64,000 bases of DNA, from positions 327,422,001 to 327,486,000 of the forward strand of contig OZ024743.1 in assembly GCA_964016885.1 (NCBI GenBank). The letters run 5' to 3'. Positions 24,567-37,623 of the stretch are shown piece by piece. The stretch comes from Eledone cirrhosa (taxonomy: Eukaryota). Under the pieces are notes generated by a model. The model was not told where the DNA came from. It saw only the letters and a list, made by a program, of their open reading frames with translations, and ran no database searches. Position 1 is the first letter of the stretch, and every line of letters begins with the position of its first letter. A program made the translations under genes and the position numbers.

Positions 24567-27065
24567 CTAGCATTAAAGCCCGGCGTTGCTCGGGGTCAGT
24601 AAGTTACCAAAGTTAGGTTTCACCACCCATTTTATGGCAGCACTTTTTTGTCTGCCAGGCACTGGGTGAATGAATTGCAGACCTGGACTGCCGAAGCAGG
24701 AGCTGCACCAGCAGTGACAATTGTAGTTTCGCCTATGGATATTATCTCTGTGCAAAGAAGTGTTGAAATTTATTGTTTCACAATACTTGCGCAACACGTG
24801 CGTAGACGATGCCAGCCAAACAACAGAGCTGCGATGGAGTTGTTCTGCATGGTTGTCTAATGTGTGTTTTCTAAATTTAAGACAGTAGGGAGGGGTGTGA
24901 TATGGGGGAGAGTTAGCTGCTGTTTCTAGCAGGTTTAGTGACCTCATAGAGGATATGTTTTCTAAATTTAAGACAGTAGGGAGTGGTGTGATATGGGGGA
25001 GAGTTAGCTGCTGTTTCTAGCAGGTTTAGTGACCTCATAGAGGATATTATTGTGTATAGTAAATGAACTGATACTTCTTTCTTCCACATTCGTTGATAGA
25101 CGTTTTAAAAAAGATTTATCGCTATTTTTTTGTTGTTGAATAAATTTATCTGTTGCTTTTGAATAATTGTTGTTTCGTATGAAATGTAATAAGTTCTCTT
25201 TGTCATTGAAGTAAATAAATGTTTGACCGTACCACACTCAAAAACAAACGTTCTCTCTCTCTCTTAAAGTTTGTAAGTTTAATCGTATATAAGAGAAAGT
25301 TGCAGCATGTATGTAGTTTTATCGAATTTTAAGGGGAGTAGAGAGAGGAATCTGATTGTATTAGAGGAGTAAAGCGTCATGTATTTAGTTTTATCGATTA
25401 CTAGCAGTAAAGCCCGGTGTTGCTCGGGGTCGCTCAGTAGCTGTGTTAAAGTTACAATGTTAAGTTTCTTTCTTGGCTTAAAAACTGTAGTGTCTACTGT
25501 GCAGTCTTGCATGTGTTGTTTTTGATTAATATTCCCTCAACCAACAATATGCCTTATGAAGTTAAGAAAACATAACGATAACCCAAATGTTATAACAAAA
25601 GAGGATGCTGGGGATAGAAACTGCACTGGTTATTTATTAACAAAGATCGAAAATGTAAACACTGCAACGCAGAGAAAAACATTAGCGTAACCAAATTATC
25701 AGTTATGTCTGTCTGCACGCCTATATGACCTCTCTGCACGACTGTCTGTCTGCACGCCTATATCACCTCTCTGCACGACTGTCTGTCTGCACGCCTATAT
25801 CACCTCTCTGCACGACTGTCTGCCTGCACGCCTATATCACCTCTCTGCACGACTGTCTGTCTGCACGCGTATATCACCTCTCTGCACGACTGTCTGTCTG
25901 CACGCCTAACGACGAAATATTTGCTTGTTTTACGTAGTCTTTAAATAGACTTGTTTTCAAGTAAAAATATTGTTTTAAAATGCTTTTAAATGGAAATGAA
26001 GCAAAACGGAAGCTTAGTGTTCGAACTGATGAATTTTGCAGGTCAATATTTTGCTGGCTCGACAACTGTTACGTGTATTGTGTTAATGTCATTTTAAACG
26101 CTGAGAAAGCCAGCGTAATTTTTTACGTAAGACGCTCAATGTAAACAGAACAAAGGGAAATAACTGATAACTTACGCTCAAAAATCGATACATTATATTC
26201 GATTTCGTCACATAGGGTGGGTCAATTTGAAATATTTTTTTTCCGATGTCTTCGCTAGGGCTCAATGTACAAGTATAGCAATTTCGGTGCAATTCCGTGA
26301 GAGATTCTAAGAGGAGATGTGTGCCAAAAATCGATAGACAGACAGACAACCACAGTTTTATATATATAGATTTCCGTAATTGTGGGTGAGTTTGAATGAA
26401 ATAAATAGCCGTTGACCTAAGTTAGACCATTTACAACATTCTTACAGACTTTGAGTCGAATCGGTTTGAAATTGTACAAATGTATAAACATGGAACATGC
26501 ACACACACACAACAACAATCTGCCTTTTATAGATAATGACTAGCAGAAAACCACCCGGGGGCGGTTTTCTGCTAGTCTATATATCTAAAACAGAGAATGT
26601 CTGTCTGTCTGTCAGCTCACTAAAACTTGAGAACCATCCAACCGATTGTTTTCAAACTTTAGACATGTAATACTTATGGTCCTGTGAGTGTTTTGAGCAA
26701 AAATTATTTCAAATTTTCAATGCCCTAGGGACCGCATTAGGCGATTTAGCGTTCTCTCTATATAATTCTTAGTCTTTCTTTTTAGATAGATACATAGATA
26801 TAACGTTGCGCCCTTATAATATCTGTCTGTATGTCTGCATTACGTCATTATGACGCGCTCAGCGCGATTCCCTCGGCCTCAGTGACCAAAGTCAGTGGAG
26901 AGGGGAAGGTAATGTTTCTGTAGCACGTGTTTTAGCGTCTATTCACCTTCTCTCTCTCCCTCCCGTAGTCTGTCTCTTTCTTTCACTCTCACTCTCACTC
27001 TACGCACGCGTTTCCACTGTCGGACAGACAGACAGAGAAATTGCTGGTTATATATATAAGTAGAT
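24567..27065 (-). mobile_element. Cluster of nested non-autonomous Helitron-like elements
   Basis: CTAG termini with CCCGGYGTTGCTCGGG hairpins at 24567 and 25401; TC-TATATATA 5' ends (26370); inner copy 25401-26370 sits at an A|T site; (CTGT)n subterminal repeats. Confidence 0.65.
25707..25908. repeat. 37-bp minisatellite (~5.5 copies) inside a Helitron-like element
   Basis: Unit CTGTCTGTCTGCACGCCTATATCACCTCTCTGCACGA. Confidence 0.9.
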
Positions 27066-27554
27066 ATAATTTCTTTTTTCACCAGGTCATATTTGTAATA
27101 GAATAAGCTGCAGTAGAAAAAAAACAAGAAAAACCTTGGGAGAAGTGATTAGAGCTAATCTCAAAGCCGAAGATCACAGAGGGAATAGTGAAGGAATACA
27201 ACAAGTGGTGGCAGGTTGTACTGGAAAAAACTCGACATATCAATGCAAACGTAAAAAAATCATCATCATTGCCATTTTATGTCCAGTTTTCCATCCTTGC
27301 ACAGGTTCAACAGCCCTTTTGCAGCACAGCATCTTTCCACTTGTTGTCGTCCTTCTTCAACTAGATTGAAAGATATAGTGGTTTAAGATCAGCTCTCACA
27401 ACTTAGCCCCCTTCTATTTAGCTCCCTTCCACTGAGATTTCTTGGCACTTCTTTAGCCAATGATCATCATCCATATACATCATATGACCATACCAGCGCA
27501 GTTTCTCTCCTGCACATTGCATCAGACTTAAAATGATAATGGTGGTGTTGATAA

Positions 27555-28719
27555 TCTATATATTAATATGCTTATACCTACGTACCATACGTCCGACCGT
27601 GTGTGTTTCAGTAATTACATAGTAATTTATATGCTGTTGAAAAAAATCCATATCATACATACAATAATTTGATGTAATGACTTGCGCCAAATATTTTCTT
27701 TCATTGTCTTATCATTCACCTCCCAAGAACGACTTCAACTCCCAACAGAAGAAATATATTTTATATTACTGTCATAAGGTAAGTTGAAAATTGATATTTT
27801 TACCTCCACCAAATAGGTAATGCTTTACCCTCAGTTAGTTTTTTTTTTTTTGTTACAAGTTTTTATTTATGACAAACATCATCTTTAACCACTTTCTTAT
27901 ACCAGCTAGGTGTTCTTCATAATTACTGAAACAACCATTCTTAAAAATGGAAGATAGAATAAGTCAACAAAGAGAGGCAGTGAGAGAGCGACAAAGAAGA
28001 CGACGACAACGGTTACGAGCAGAAGAGAGGCAAGCAATCCGTGACCGTAATCGAGAATAAATGCAAGAAAGGAGGAATGATATGAGCCAAGAGGAGAGAG
28101 AAGCTTCTCTACAGAATAGAAGAAATAACATGAATCCAGAGGAGAGAGAAGCTCATCTACAGAATAGAAGAAGCGCAGATCATGACAGAAGAAATAACAT
28201 AAATCCAGAGGAGAGAGAGGCTTATCTACAGAATAATAGAAACAGAATTCAAGAGCGAAGAAATGACATGAATCAAGGAGAGAGAGAAACTTATCTACAG
28301 AATATGAGAAAAGAAATGACATGAATCCAGGAGAGAGAATTTTATCTCGAGAATAAGAGAAACAGAGTTGAACAGCAACGAAATGCCATAATTGAAGAGC
28401 AGCCTTTGAGCAAGGGTGATGAACAGTGTGAGAGTTAAAGTGATACCCCAAAACCAATCCATCCATGGCCGCAGAAGGGGAATCACCTTTACTAGAAACA
28501 TTGTATATAGGGAAGTGCTTTAAAGGATGTTTTTTATGTGTACTTTTATGAAATTAATTTTAAATAAACTTACATTAATATACATAAAATAAAGGAAAAT
28601 ATAATTGTTTATTCACCAAAATACTGCAAATCAAACAACTTTGATTAACTGATAAATATTCATTGGACAATATTTAAATTTCAAAAATTATCCATGAATT
28701 TTTTCACTGGTCCAGCTAG
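27555..28719 (+). mobile_element. Internally deleted Helitron
   Basis: A|TC 5' end, CTAG|T 3' end, 60-bp coding repeats (QERRNDMSQEEREA..) and 'TRNIVYREVL*' resembling the RepHel C-terminus. Confidence 0.7.
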
Positions 28720-28721
28720 TA

Positions 28722-28915
28722 ATAATTGTTTCTACTGTTGGCACAAGGTGAGCAATTACCCAGTACATTACTGGTACTTTATTTTATCGACCCCGTAAAG
28801 ATGAAAGGCAAAAGTTAACCTCGGCGCGATTTGAACTCAGAATGGCAAGGGGCGTAACTCTATGCGTCAAAGCATGGCGTCCGACCCTCTACCGATACTG
28901 CCAATCCACTGCCCT
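28722..28915 (-). mobile_element. Second SINE family copy flanked by TCCAGCTAGTA direct repeats
   Basis: Reverse complement of units at 53013-53400. Confidence 0.7.
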
Positions 28916-28943
28916 TCCAGCTAGTAGTAATGATTACGCTTAC

Positions 28944-29023
28944 CTGTCAAAGGTATGCTTCACAATTGGTAAACCAGAAATAGAAGATTTGTGAATCCTG
29001 TCCAAGATATAGCAACCATGAGC
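28944..29023 (-). CDS. TUBGCP4: TUBGCP4 exon 5 (AHGCYILDRIHKSSISGLPIVKHTFDR)
   Basis: Resembles 'IHGCQILETVYKHSCGGLPPV'; ttctag/gtaagc boundaries. Confidence 0.9.
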
Positions 29024-29526
29024 CTAGAAGCAATAATTAATGTCAATTCAGTAATATAAACAAAGTATTAATGAATGTTTTACTACATTAGTATGAATTA
29101 ATATAACCTATAATATTATTCTGCTTGTCTTGACTTGTATTTGATTGTTATGACTTAAGCAACCTTAACTATGAAACAAAGGCAATGACATGAAAGATAT
29201 TTTGTACATAATGGCTTCTAATTTAAACATATGGCCAGTGATTTTTTTATTTTGGGGGCTTTTATTTTACAAGAGATATTGATTACATTGATCCTGGTAC
29301 TTCCCTGCTATTTTATTTTATTAAAATACTGCAAGGCATCCTATCCAATGATTTAACAGTCATGTCAATCCACCACCCCTTTGGACTGGTACTTTATTTA
29401 CGAACCCCTGAAAGAATGAAAGACTAAGTGATCACAGTAGGATCTGTACTTAGAACAGAGATTGGGAACAAATACCACAAGGCATTTTTTAAGACACCTT
29501 AACAACTCTACCAATTTGCTTCCTAT

Positions 29527-30123
29527 ATCATCATCATCATCATCATCACCGTTTTACGTCCGTTCTTCCACGCTAGCATGGGTTAGACGGGTTGTCCTGT
29601 TGTGGGCAGTGTCTGGTCGGCTGACCATGCCTTGCTCATACAGGAACTGATCTGGCTTGATTTCTACAGCTGGATGCCCTTCCTAACACCAACCTCATTT
29701 ACAGTGAGTGCTGGGTGCTTTTTCGTGGCGCCTACACGTCCACTTTACAGTGTGGGCTGGGTGCTTTTTTGCCGTGGCACCTCCACGGCCACCTTGCGGT
29801 GGAGGGGGGGGGGCATATTGTTTATATGCTTCAGCATGTACCCATGGGAGGTCGGGTACCCTGTATTACTGCGTGACGCCAGAAGTCACGGTCGTGTGTC
29901 ATTGACTTTGAGAGGTGTAGTTGGGTAAGGTCGGCTTTTATCACCTCATCCCAAGTCATCTTGGGTCTCCCCACTCCGCGGTTTCCATCAACTTCTAGTG
30001 CTCTGCACCTTTTTATGCAGCTGTCATCCTTCATACGCATCACATGTCCATACCAGCGCAACCGCCTCTCCTGCACGCAGCATTTGATTCCTCTTATGCT
30101 CAGTCTCTCTCTCAATTCCTTTA
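29527..30123 (-). mobile_element. RTE LINE 3' end (~600 bp)
   Basis: Near-identical to 22178-22765. Confidence 0.9.
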
Positions 30124-30339
30124 TATAGTGATATAATTGATTGGCAACAGCCAAGTATATTACTGGTACTTATTCCATCAAGAAGAATCCAACAAACCAA
30201 ATAGCTATTGTATGGCTCTACTGATTCAGGTGTCATGAGTTCATATCACACCAGTGTCTGGATAACAACTCTGAGGAAAATACTTCATTATACTTGTCTG
30301 ATTTGTTGTTGTTGTTGTTTAGCCCCAGGTTAGCCTAAT

Positions 30340-30735
30340 CAAGCAGAGCTATGCACTAAAGATGCAATAGATCACCCAAGATCTAGCAGAGCTGAGATCA
30401 AAGATGTTCCAAATCTAGTAGACCTATAATCAAAGATGTTACAGATCAGCCCCGATTTAGCAGACCTGTCATCAAAGATGTTACACATCAGGCGAGATCT
30501 AGTAGACCTATGATCAAAGATGTTACAGATCAGCCCAGATCTAGTAGACTTGTCATCAAAGATGTTGCAGATCAGCCCAGATCTTATAATCAAAGATGTT
30601 ACAGATTAACCCAGATCTAACAGACCTATGATCAAAGATGTTACAGATCAGTCTAGATCTAGCAGACCTGTCATCAAAGATGTTACAGATCTAGCAGACC
30701 TATGATCAAGGAAGTAGCAGATAAGCCCAGATTTA
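30340..30735. repeat. ~42-bp minisatellite (~9 degenerate copies) in TUBGCP4 intron 4
   Basis: Unit CCCAGATCTAGCAGACCTATGATCAAAGATGTTACAGATCAG. Confidence 0.85.
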
Positions 30736-30924
30736 GCAAACTTAGGATTGAAAATGTTCCAATTGTGACCAAACCATATTTATATTCAGACATTGTAGCT
30801 AGATCTACATTATCTATGAAGACAACAAGAAGTGATTTGAAGGAGACTTGGCTTCTATTTCTAGTAGGTCAGCATGAAACACTAATAAATGAAAGAATGG
30901 TAAAATATATTGAGAGATTTTTAC

Positions 30925-30981
30925 CCTGTGTTGTTTAAGTTCTATCAAGAAAGAGGACATGGCAGGAAACAGCAGTTCATA
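30925..30981 (-). CDS. TUBGCP4: TUBGCP4 exon 4 (YELLFPAMSSFLIELKQHR)
   Basis: 57-nt phase-0 exon resembling 'FQLLFPSVMVVVEQIKSQK'; tttcag/gtaaaa boundaries. Confidence 0.88.
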
Positions 30982-32586
30982 CTGAAATATATATTATTAT
31001 ATAGTTAAAGAATAAACAAGACAAACAGAGATGCAGAAACAGAGTCTTATTATTTCCACACTTATGAAGAAGTAAATGAGGCTTTCAATGTATCAGAAAT
31101 AAGTCCTTCTTCAGGAAATGGTTGGAACAACAGAATTTTGAAAAAAATAAAAGCATTTAAGATGGCTGGTGATGATAATGAAAATGATTAACAATATAAC
31201 AGGATAAATAAAAACAAAGGAACTTTAACCCTTTTGAAACAAAATCACCTAAAACTGCCCCTGGTTCTATGATACAAAGTTGTTTGTTTTAAAGTGGTTA
31301 TATTTACAAAAAAAATCTTCCATCGTAATTTTATGTAAGAACCTATAAGTTATGTTCCAAACATAAGCTTAACAAGAAAATTAATTATATTATTAAATTC
31401 CTCCAAATTCTTGATTATTTCAAAAATCATTTGAAAATCATAGGCAGTGTATTTCATTAGAAATATGATAATGAATGGGTTAAATAGCCCGTCAATTTCA
31501 ACAATAATAAGTATTCCAGTTGTTTCATCTCCTAAACTACCCATTGAATTATAGTGTAAGTAGCAGAATATTCCACATACAATTATACCCCAAAGTAATC
31601 CTCAGAGAAAATTAGTGTGACAAACCTGAATCTTAGAATGATATGTATAGTTCATCTGTTGACCTTCTACATGGTTTTCATCAACACAATTTCACTCACA
31701 TAATTAAGTATCACTTAATTATGGGCTTACACTCTGCAGAGTGTACCAGGTGCATTTTTATCATGACGCCAATACTAAGGAGGTTGTCATGTCTTTGACA
31801 TAACTGAAGTCTTCACAACCCCTTGTTTAGCAAGTTTTTACACCCGGATCCCTTCCTCTCACTAACCATTTGATCATTTTAAATATTAATGTATTTCACT
31901 AGGAATTTAATCAGGAAAAGGTTAAGTTATATTTGAAATATCAGATAAATAATGGACTAGTTGTTTTGGTCAATCCTTCCAAATTCTCAACCATTCTAAA
32001 TACTTATTAAAACACATTACCAAACACAAAAAACATCCAGCCCACAATGTAGAGTGGTCGAGGTGTCACGACAAAAAGCACCCAGCCCACATTGTAAAGT
32101 GGTCGTGTAAGTGTCATGACAAAAAGCACCCAGTACTCACTGTAAATGTGGTTGGCATTAGAAAGTGCATCCAGCTGTAGAAATCAAGCCAAATTCAGTT
32201 CTGTATGAGCAAGACATGGTCACCTGACCTGGCCGATCTCACAACAGAAAAACTCATCTAACTCACACCAGCATGGAAAATGGACATTAAACGGTGATGA
32301 TGATGATGATTATTACCAATTAATTTCACAAGAAATATTGTCAGGAAAGGAATAACCCTTTCAAGACCATATTTATAATGAAATACACTCTATTTCATTT
32401 AATCAATGAAGAATTTTAATGGATTTACAAAAATTACGATTTCGTTACCAAGATAGCAATTTAACGTGGTTCTTATACTAAATTAAGTTTGAAGATTTTA
32501 TTTTAAATACTTTAAAATAGGTGGTATTGTTTTATATATCCAAGGGCAGTTTCGGCTTGGTATTGAAAGTGTAAAAACCATCTTAC

Positions 32587-32777
32587 ATGTTGAAGTTTAA
32601 GGAGGACCTGACTAACAGGAAGTTGTGGATCAGCAAGCGCAGATTTCTGAAGTTCCAAAATATCGTCCTGATAATCCGCTAACACAGTCTTTAAACCATT
32701 ACATAAAGACATCAAGTAGACACCATGCATTTCCTCGGTTATTGAAGTAGCACCAACTGGAGGAAAATTGCAGAAAG
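32587..32777 (-). CDS. TUBGCP4: TUBGCP4 exon 3 (..MHGVYLMSLCNGLKTVLADYQDDILELQKSALADPQL..)
   Basis: Overlaps ORF 32512..32730; resembles 'LHGIYLRAFCTGLDSVLQPY'; CAG/GTAAG boundaries. Confidence 0.92.
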
Positions 32778-33650
32778 CTGAAAATAAAGATATATATATA
32801 CATATTTGGTAGACAGAAACTACATAGAAGCTCAGTGATCAGGGCTGACCTGGGGTTTAACAACTACATCATTGTTTGGCTGCCGTAGCAGATGACCCCA
32901 TCTTCCTCTACCTGATGCAGCTTTTATATTCAGTTGAGGTCTTATGAGTCCTGGCCATCAATGGTATTTGAACTCAGAAGACAATGTGTCAGAACAGATA
33001 ATTCAAGGCTCCTGATCCTCTTACAAATTTCCCCAATCCACCACCCTAAACTTGTATTTTATTTCATCAAACACATCATTTTGAACTGGACCTTTCGTCT
33101 CAAAAGGATGAAAGATAAAATTGACTGCAGTGGGATTTGAATTCAAAGCTGAAATGAACGTCATAAGGTATTCTATCCAATGAGCTAATTATCATCATGA
33201 TCATGATTATGAATCCCTTTTCATGCTGGCAAAAGTTGGATGGGTTGTTTGAAACTAGATAGGACAGAGAACCATGTTTTGCTCATGCATTCCATTTCAG
33301 GTATGGTTTCTATGGCTGGACGCCCTTCATAATACTAAGCAGCTTACTGTGTGTACTGGGTAAATGTTATCATGGTACCAGCACTACTTTACAAGGTGAA
33401 TTTATTGTAGAACCAGCACTATCATTTTACAGAATGTACTAGAATGTTTTATTGTGGCTACCATTTTACATAGTGTACCAGATGCATTTTATTATGGCAC
33501 CAACATTACCTCTTTACTGAGTATAGTAAGTGAATTTTGTGGTACTATCACTTTACATGGTGGGCTGGGTGGATATTATCCTGGCACCAGCACCACCACA
33601 TTTAGCCATTAAAAAAATCAAAGTTTGGAAAATTCAAAATGGAGTCTTAC

Positions 33651-33759
33651 AGTATTTGGCAATAAATTCTTTAAACATTTTGAAGTAAGTTGCCAAGTCA
33701 CAGAGATGGTTCAGAGCTTTTTCCTCAGCAGAATGTAAAAATGGAAGTCCCTTTTGAAC
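33651..33759 (-). CDS. TUBGCP4: TUBGCP4 exon 2 (VQKGLPFLHSAEEKALNHLCDLATYFKMFKEFIAKY)
   Basis: AG/GT boundaries, phase consistent, resembles GCP4 'FPFLHPSETSVLNRLC'. Confidence 0.92.
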
Positions 33760-33809
33760 CTAAAATATACAAAGAATAAAGTGGAAGAAGACATGCACAC
33801 TGAATTACA

Positions 33810-34330
33810 TGCCACAAAAAGTTTCCCTCTAATAATTTTGAGGAAAGTCAATGCTCTCATGACATTGCCATTGGTGATGGCGAAAGCTAAGGCACTGGAA
33901 CAGCCAAGTACCCTCTCGGGCATGACCTGATACGTCGGTAAGACGAGTCGCCAACAATGAAAAGAACCTCATTGCCAGCTCTCCCAAACATCTCAAACGC
34001 CACAGGTTGAAAAAAATAATTAGCCGATAATTCAAAATTTTATTGAGATGCAGTGACTCTCACCTTTACCGTAACATCCAGGGCGTGGAAAGATCGCCCC
34101 AAATGAGCCCTCTACCTTTTACCTCGGGGAAAAAGGTATGACCATTTGGCCTCTTCTCATTAACCCTGAATGGTACGATTGGATCCATAATTGTGAGTTC
34201 ATTGATTCGAGCTAGGGCCCGCTAGATAATTAGGTTCCGCTCAGAGACATATGTTCTGAGAGCAAGACAATCCACGAAAGCCCCAGTAATTGAGTGGACA
34301 TGCCGTCTTCCACTTTATACGAACAGATTA
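33810..34330 (-). mobile_element. CRE-like retrotransposon RLE remnant in TUBGCP4 intron 1
   Basis: Minus strand 'EKRPNGHTFFPEVKGRGLIW' and 'QPVAFEMFG..EGTWLFQCLS..AITNGN' align with 59300-59690. Confidence 0.75.
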
Positions 34331-35072
34331 TGGAGCCGGTAAACCCTAAAGGGTCGCAACACACATCGCTATGGCGTTTCACCAGCCCCTTTCTTCTGCT
34401 GTCTGTAACTGTTTATGTATTTATGTGTAGATGTATGTAACTAAAGCGTAAAGTTACGAATGGACGACTAAATGATTTTAACTTGTTTTTTAATAACTGA
34501 TGGCAGAAAAGATATCAAATCGTTTTAACTCGGACCGCAATTCATGATGTCTGACACTCTTACCGGCTACATAATCTGTTGCCACTTTATATATAAATAG
34601 TGTTTATATGTAAATATAATCCGATGATTTCAGTCATTGGACACTGGCCATGCAGAAGCACGATCCTTTTTTTTAATTTCAAGTTAGATGCTTATTTTAT
34701 CGATCGCTTATTGTCAAACTGCTATGTTACGAGACATAAACAACGAATCAACAGTAGACACACGCACGTCTGTGAGTCTTATCAACTTCAAGTCTGCATG
34801 ATCTAGCAGACATATACGATATAAGGCATTCCAACCAGGACCGACCTACCTTTTCGTTTGAGATATTTCTAATTACAAAACCCTACCCTATATATATATA
34901 TATCTATTATAGATGCCCATCTTTTTCTTTAACTTAATCACTTCACAAAAAGACATTTGGCTGTTATTTCTAACAGTTTAAGCGACCATTATACAGAAGT
35001 TCCCTTCGGTTGTCCCGAGAACAGATCAACAAAAAATAAAATAAAACATAAGGGTATTGTAATATAGTGTAC

Positions 35073-35147
35073 CTGTATTTTATCACCATTGTCGACAAAT
35101 ATGTTTCCCGGACAACCGGACAAGGCCGATAAAAGTTCGTGTAACAT
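35073..35147 (-). CDS. TUBGCP4: TUBGCP4 coding exon 1 (MLHELLSALSGCPGNIFVDNGDKIQ)
   Basis: Manual translation resembles the GCP4 N-terminus (human MIHELLLALSGYPGSIF); ATG at 35147-35145, GT donor at 35072. Confidence 0.93.
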
Positions 35148-35566
35148 TTCTGCAGTTATTTACAATATCTAGTGATCCTCCATTTCAAAACATTTTGGCG
35201 GCGGAGCGGTGGGGGGGGGGGGTTAAACATAGAAGTTATTTCCCCTTTTTAGTTTTAATCTACGCCGTATGATGGCGTTATTGAACATACCACGCATATA
35301 CATAAACATGTATATTTAACCTTGCGCCAACAAAATAAACCTCACAAATATATGTTCTATTTCTTTGATTTTCAAATTAATAAAGAACTATTTCAATTTA
35401 AAAATATAAATTTTTTATTGTATTATTAAAAATAATTAATTAAAATTGCTTGCTGTTTATTCAATGAGTGATGCGCAATGATACAAAAGCTGAGTTCAGT
35501 TATGTGCCTCGTAATGACTTGCCGTCTTCCTCTTTTCTAATTAGGACTGCTCAGAAGTCACTAGAC
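35148..35566. promoter_or_regulatory. Bidirectional promoter region between TUBGCP4 and RPL4, with TCT/5'TOP initiator
   Basis: Divergent start codons 420 bp apart; pyrimidine tract CTTCCTCTTTTCT at 35526-35538 typical of ribosomal protein TSS; YY1-like ATGGCG motifs nearby (e.g. 35754-35762 in intron 1). Confidence 0.75.
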
Positions 35567-35578
35567 ATGTCGAAGGCG
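35567..35578 (+). CDS. RPL4: RPL4 coding exon 1 (MSKA)
   Basis: ATG 30 nt after the TOP tract, followed by GTAAGT donor in phase 0 matching exon 2. Confidence 0.85.
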
Positions 35579-37454
35579 GTAAGTGTTTCATTAGATATTA
35601 CTACCCTTTAAATCACTTAAATATTTTTAAACTTTCGCTATTTTAACAAAGATGACATCCAGCGATATTGATGATTGTATATAAAGTCACTTAGTTGAAT
35701 ATTTCCTGTGTTTTATTAGTGTTTGTTTGCTCGAGTGTCGGCCTCATATCACCAATATGGCGATGCTGATCCCACGTGAAGCAACACATTTTCTCTACAT
35801 TATTGTATCCTATTTAATATCGCTTTCCACATCGAACTATACAATATACTTTAAATGCAGTATTTTAATTACAGTGTGACTAGGATGATATTCTTTAAAG
35901 TAATCCCTTTAATAAAGTGAAATATATTCCTTAATTTCGTAATTAAGATATTCTTTATAACACGTGTCATCCAGCTAGAATTATTTTATTCATTAAATTA
36001 CTTGGATAAATCATAATTAATGCATATCAAAGCTTCATTTAATTAAATTAATGATTAAAGACGTTATTAAACAAGTCTAAATATAATTGTGTAAATTGGT
36101 TTTTTTTTTATAAACCTGATCCAAATCATTTTTGAAGTCGGGTCGACCAAACTACTGTAGGTTATAGGCTACATACTCGAGTAGAGGACTGGAATCTGAA
36201 ATCTGATTGCAAAAAGATTATAGTCTTATGGCTGGTGTGCTTCCAAAATGTTCTTATTTTTACCTGATTTTATATTTTAAATTTTGGAGTTTCTTATATT
36301 TTTTTACATGTAGCAAAAAAAAAAAAATATCGTCTTAATTTATCCGCATAGTATTGACCGTCGCGAGAGCGTACTCACCACCATTAATGGTGATTAATAT
36401 AGTCTTTAAGGCCAAGATTTAGTCTTGTAACTCCGAAGTTTCTCCTGTATATTCACGGGACATCGGATAAAACTAATAGTGTATATTACATATTGTGGAA
36501 TGCTATATTATCACGTGTTGGCAATATTAGAAAGGATTAGGGGTTGAATTTTTTGTTTCTAAATGTAATGATGATATTTTACAACCTGATTAATTATATA
36601 GTGATATTGGGGTATCTATATGATTTACATTTGCGTTGTCTTCTATGTACATTAGCAAGGCATGTTTGCAATTTTAATTATTAGTGTGGAAGTTGATCAG
36701 ACAGCTACGATCGAATAACTGACAAGTCAGGCAATCTAGTCACGTGATAAAATCTAGTCTTTAATCCTTTTGTTACCAATGGTTCTATGATATAAAACTG
36801 TTTAAAATATTTATATAAAAACCTTCCATCGTAATCTGTAAGAACTTTTGTTGGGTTATGTTCCTAACACCGGCTAAATGAGAAAATTGTTTTACTTAAT
36901 CCCTTTAGGTTCTTGATTATTTTCGGAATGTGTTGATCATAGGCAGTTTATTAGAGACATGGTAATGAAATAGTTAACAAAGTTGTCCGTCTCAATACAA
37001 AACTCGTAAACTTGTTAGGTAGATGAGAGCTGCATAACATTTTAATTGTTTATAATCTTTACTTTCCTTATTTCATAAATGGTTGTTTTTTCTTGTCCTC
37101 CCCCTCCCCTCCCATATGATAAATTGATACAAGTAACAGTATAATTCGAACTTGGGGTTAATTCGTGTTTTATGTTCGTCTGGCAATCTGGAGTAAATTT
37201 TAATTTATCATGTGTGGGGGTTGGCTGTGGCTCATCTGCAGGTGCACCTTTCTCTGCCCCCCCCCCCTCTCTCTAGCTACATATATTAGAGTTGTGTGTA
37301 GGGAAAGTCTGTGAAATATATTTTTAAAAAAGCATATACCTATTCGTTTCGTTATTTCAGGGAAGCCAAGATAGGTTTTACATATTGCTAATCTCAATTT
37401 TAATTTAATTATTCGTGTTAATGTAATTGTAAATCATGTGTATTTGTTCTTCAG

Positions 37455-37623
37455 GCTATCCGCCCGCTTGTGTCGGTCTACAATGATAAAGGTGAACCCA
37501 CACCCACCAATGTTAAAATGCCTGCTGTGTTCAGTGCCCCAATCCGACCCGATATTGTCAGCTTTGTACATGACCAGATGATGAAGAACTCTCGTCATCC
37601 TTATGCTGTCTCCAAATATGCAG
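37455..37623 (+). CDS. RPL4: RPL4 exon 2 ([41 protein letters not shown])
   Basis: Typical uL4 N-terminus; ttcag/gtttg. Confidence 0.96.

Noticed and set aside
34063-34188. Possible alternative first exon of TUBGCP4 (ATG..AG|GTGAG)
   Set aside because: In-frame stop and retroelement origin; the true N-terminus is at 35147
33835-34380. Resemblance to bacterial type B RNase P RNA motifs (GAGGAAAGTCAATGCTC, GCCACAG, GGTAAACCC) and a telomerase-template-like TAAACCCTAAA
   Set aside because: Spacing is wrong, P4 does not pair cleanly, and the minus strand translates to the CRE-like RLE domain seen at 59300-59690
36606-36618. GGGGTATCTA complementary to a conserved SSU/12S rRNA motif
   Set aside because: Ten-base match is compatible with chance; no further rRNA or NUMT similarity
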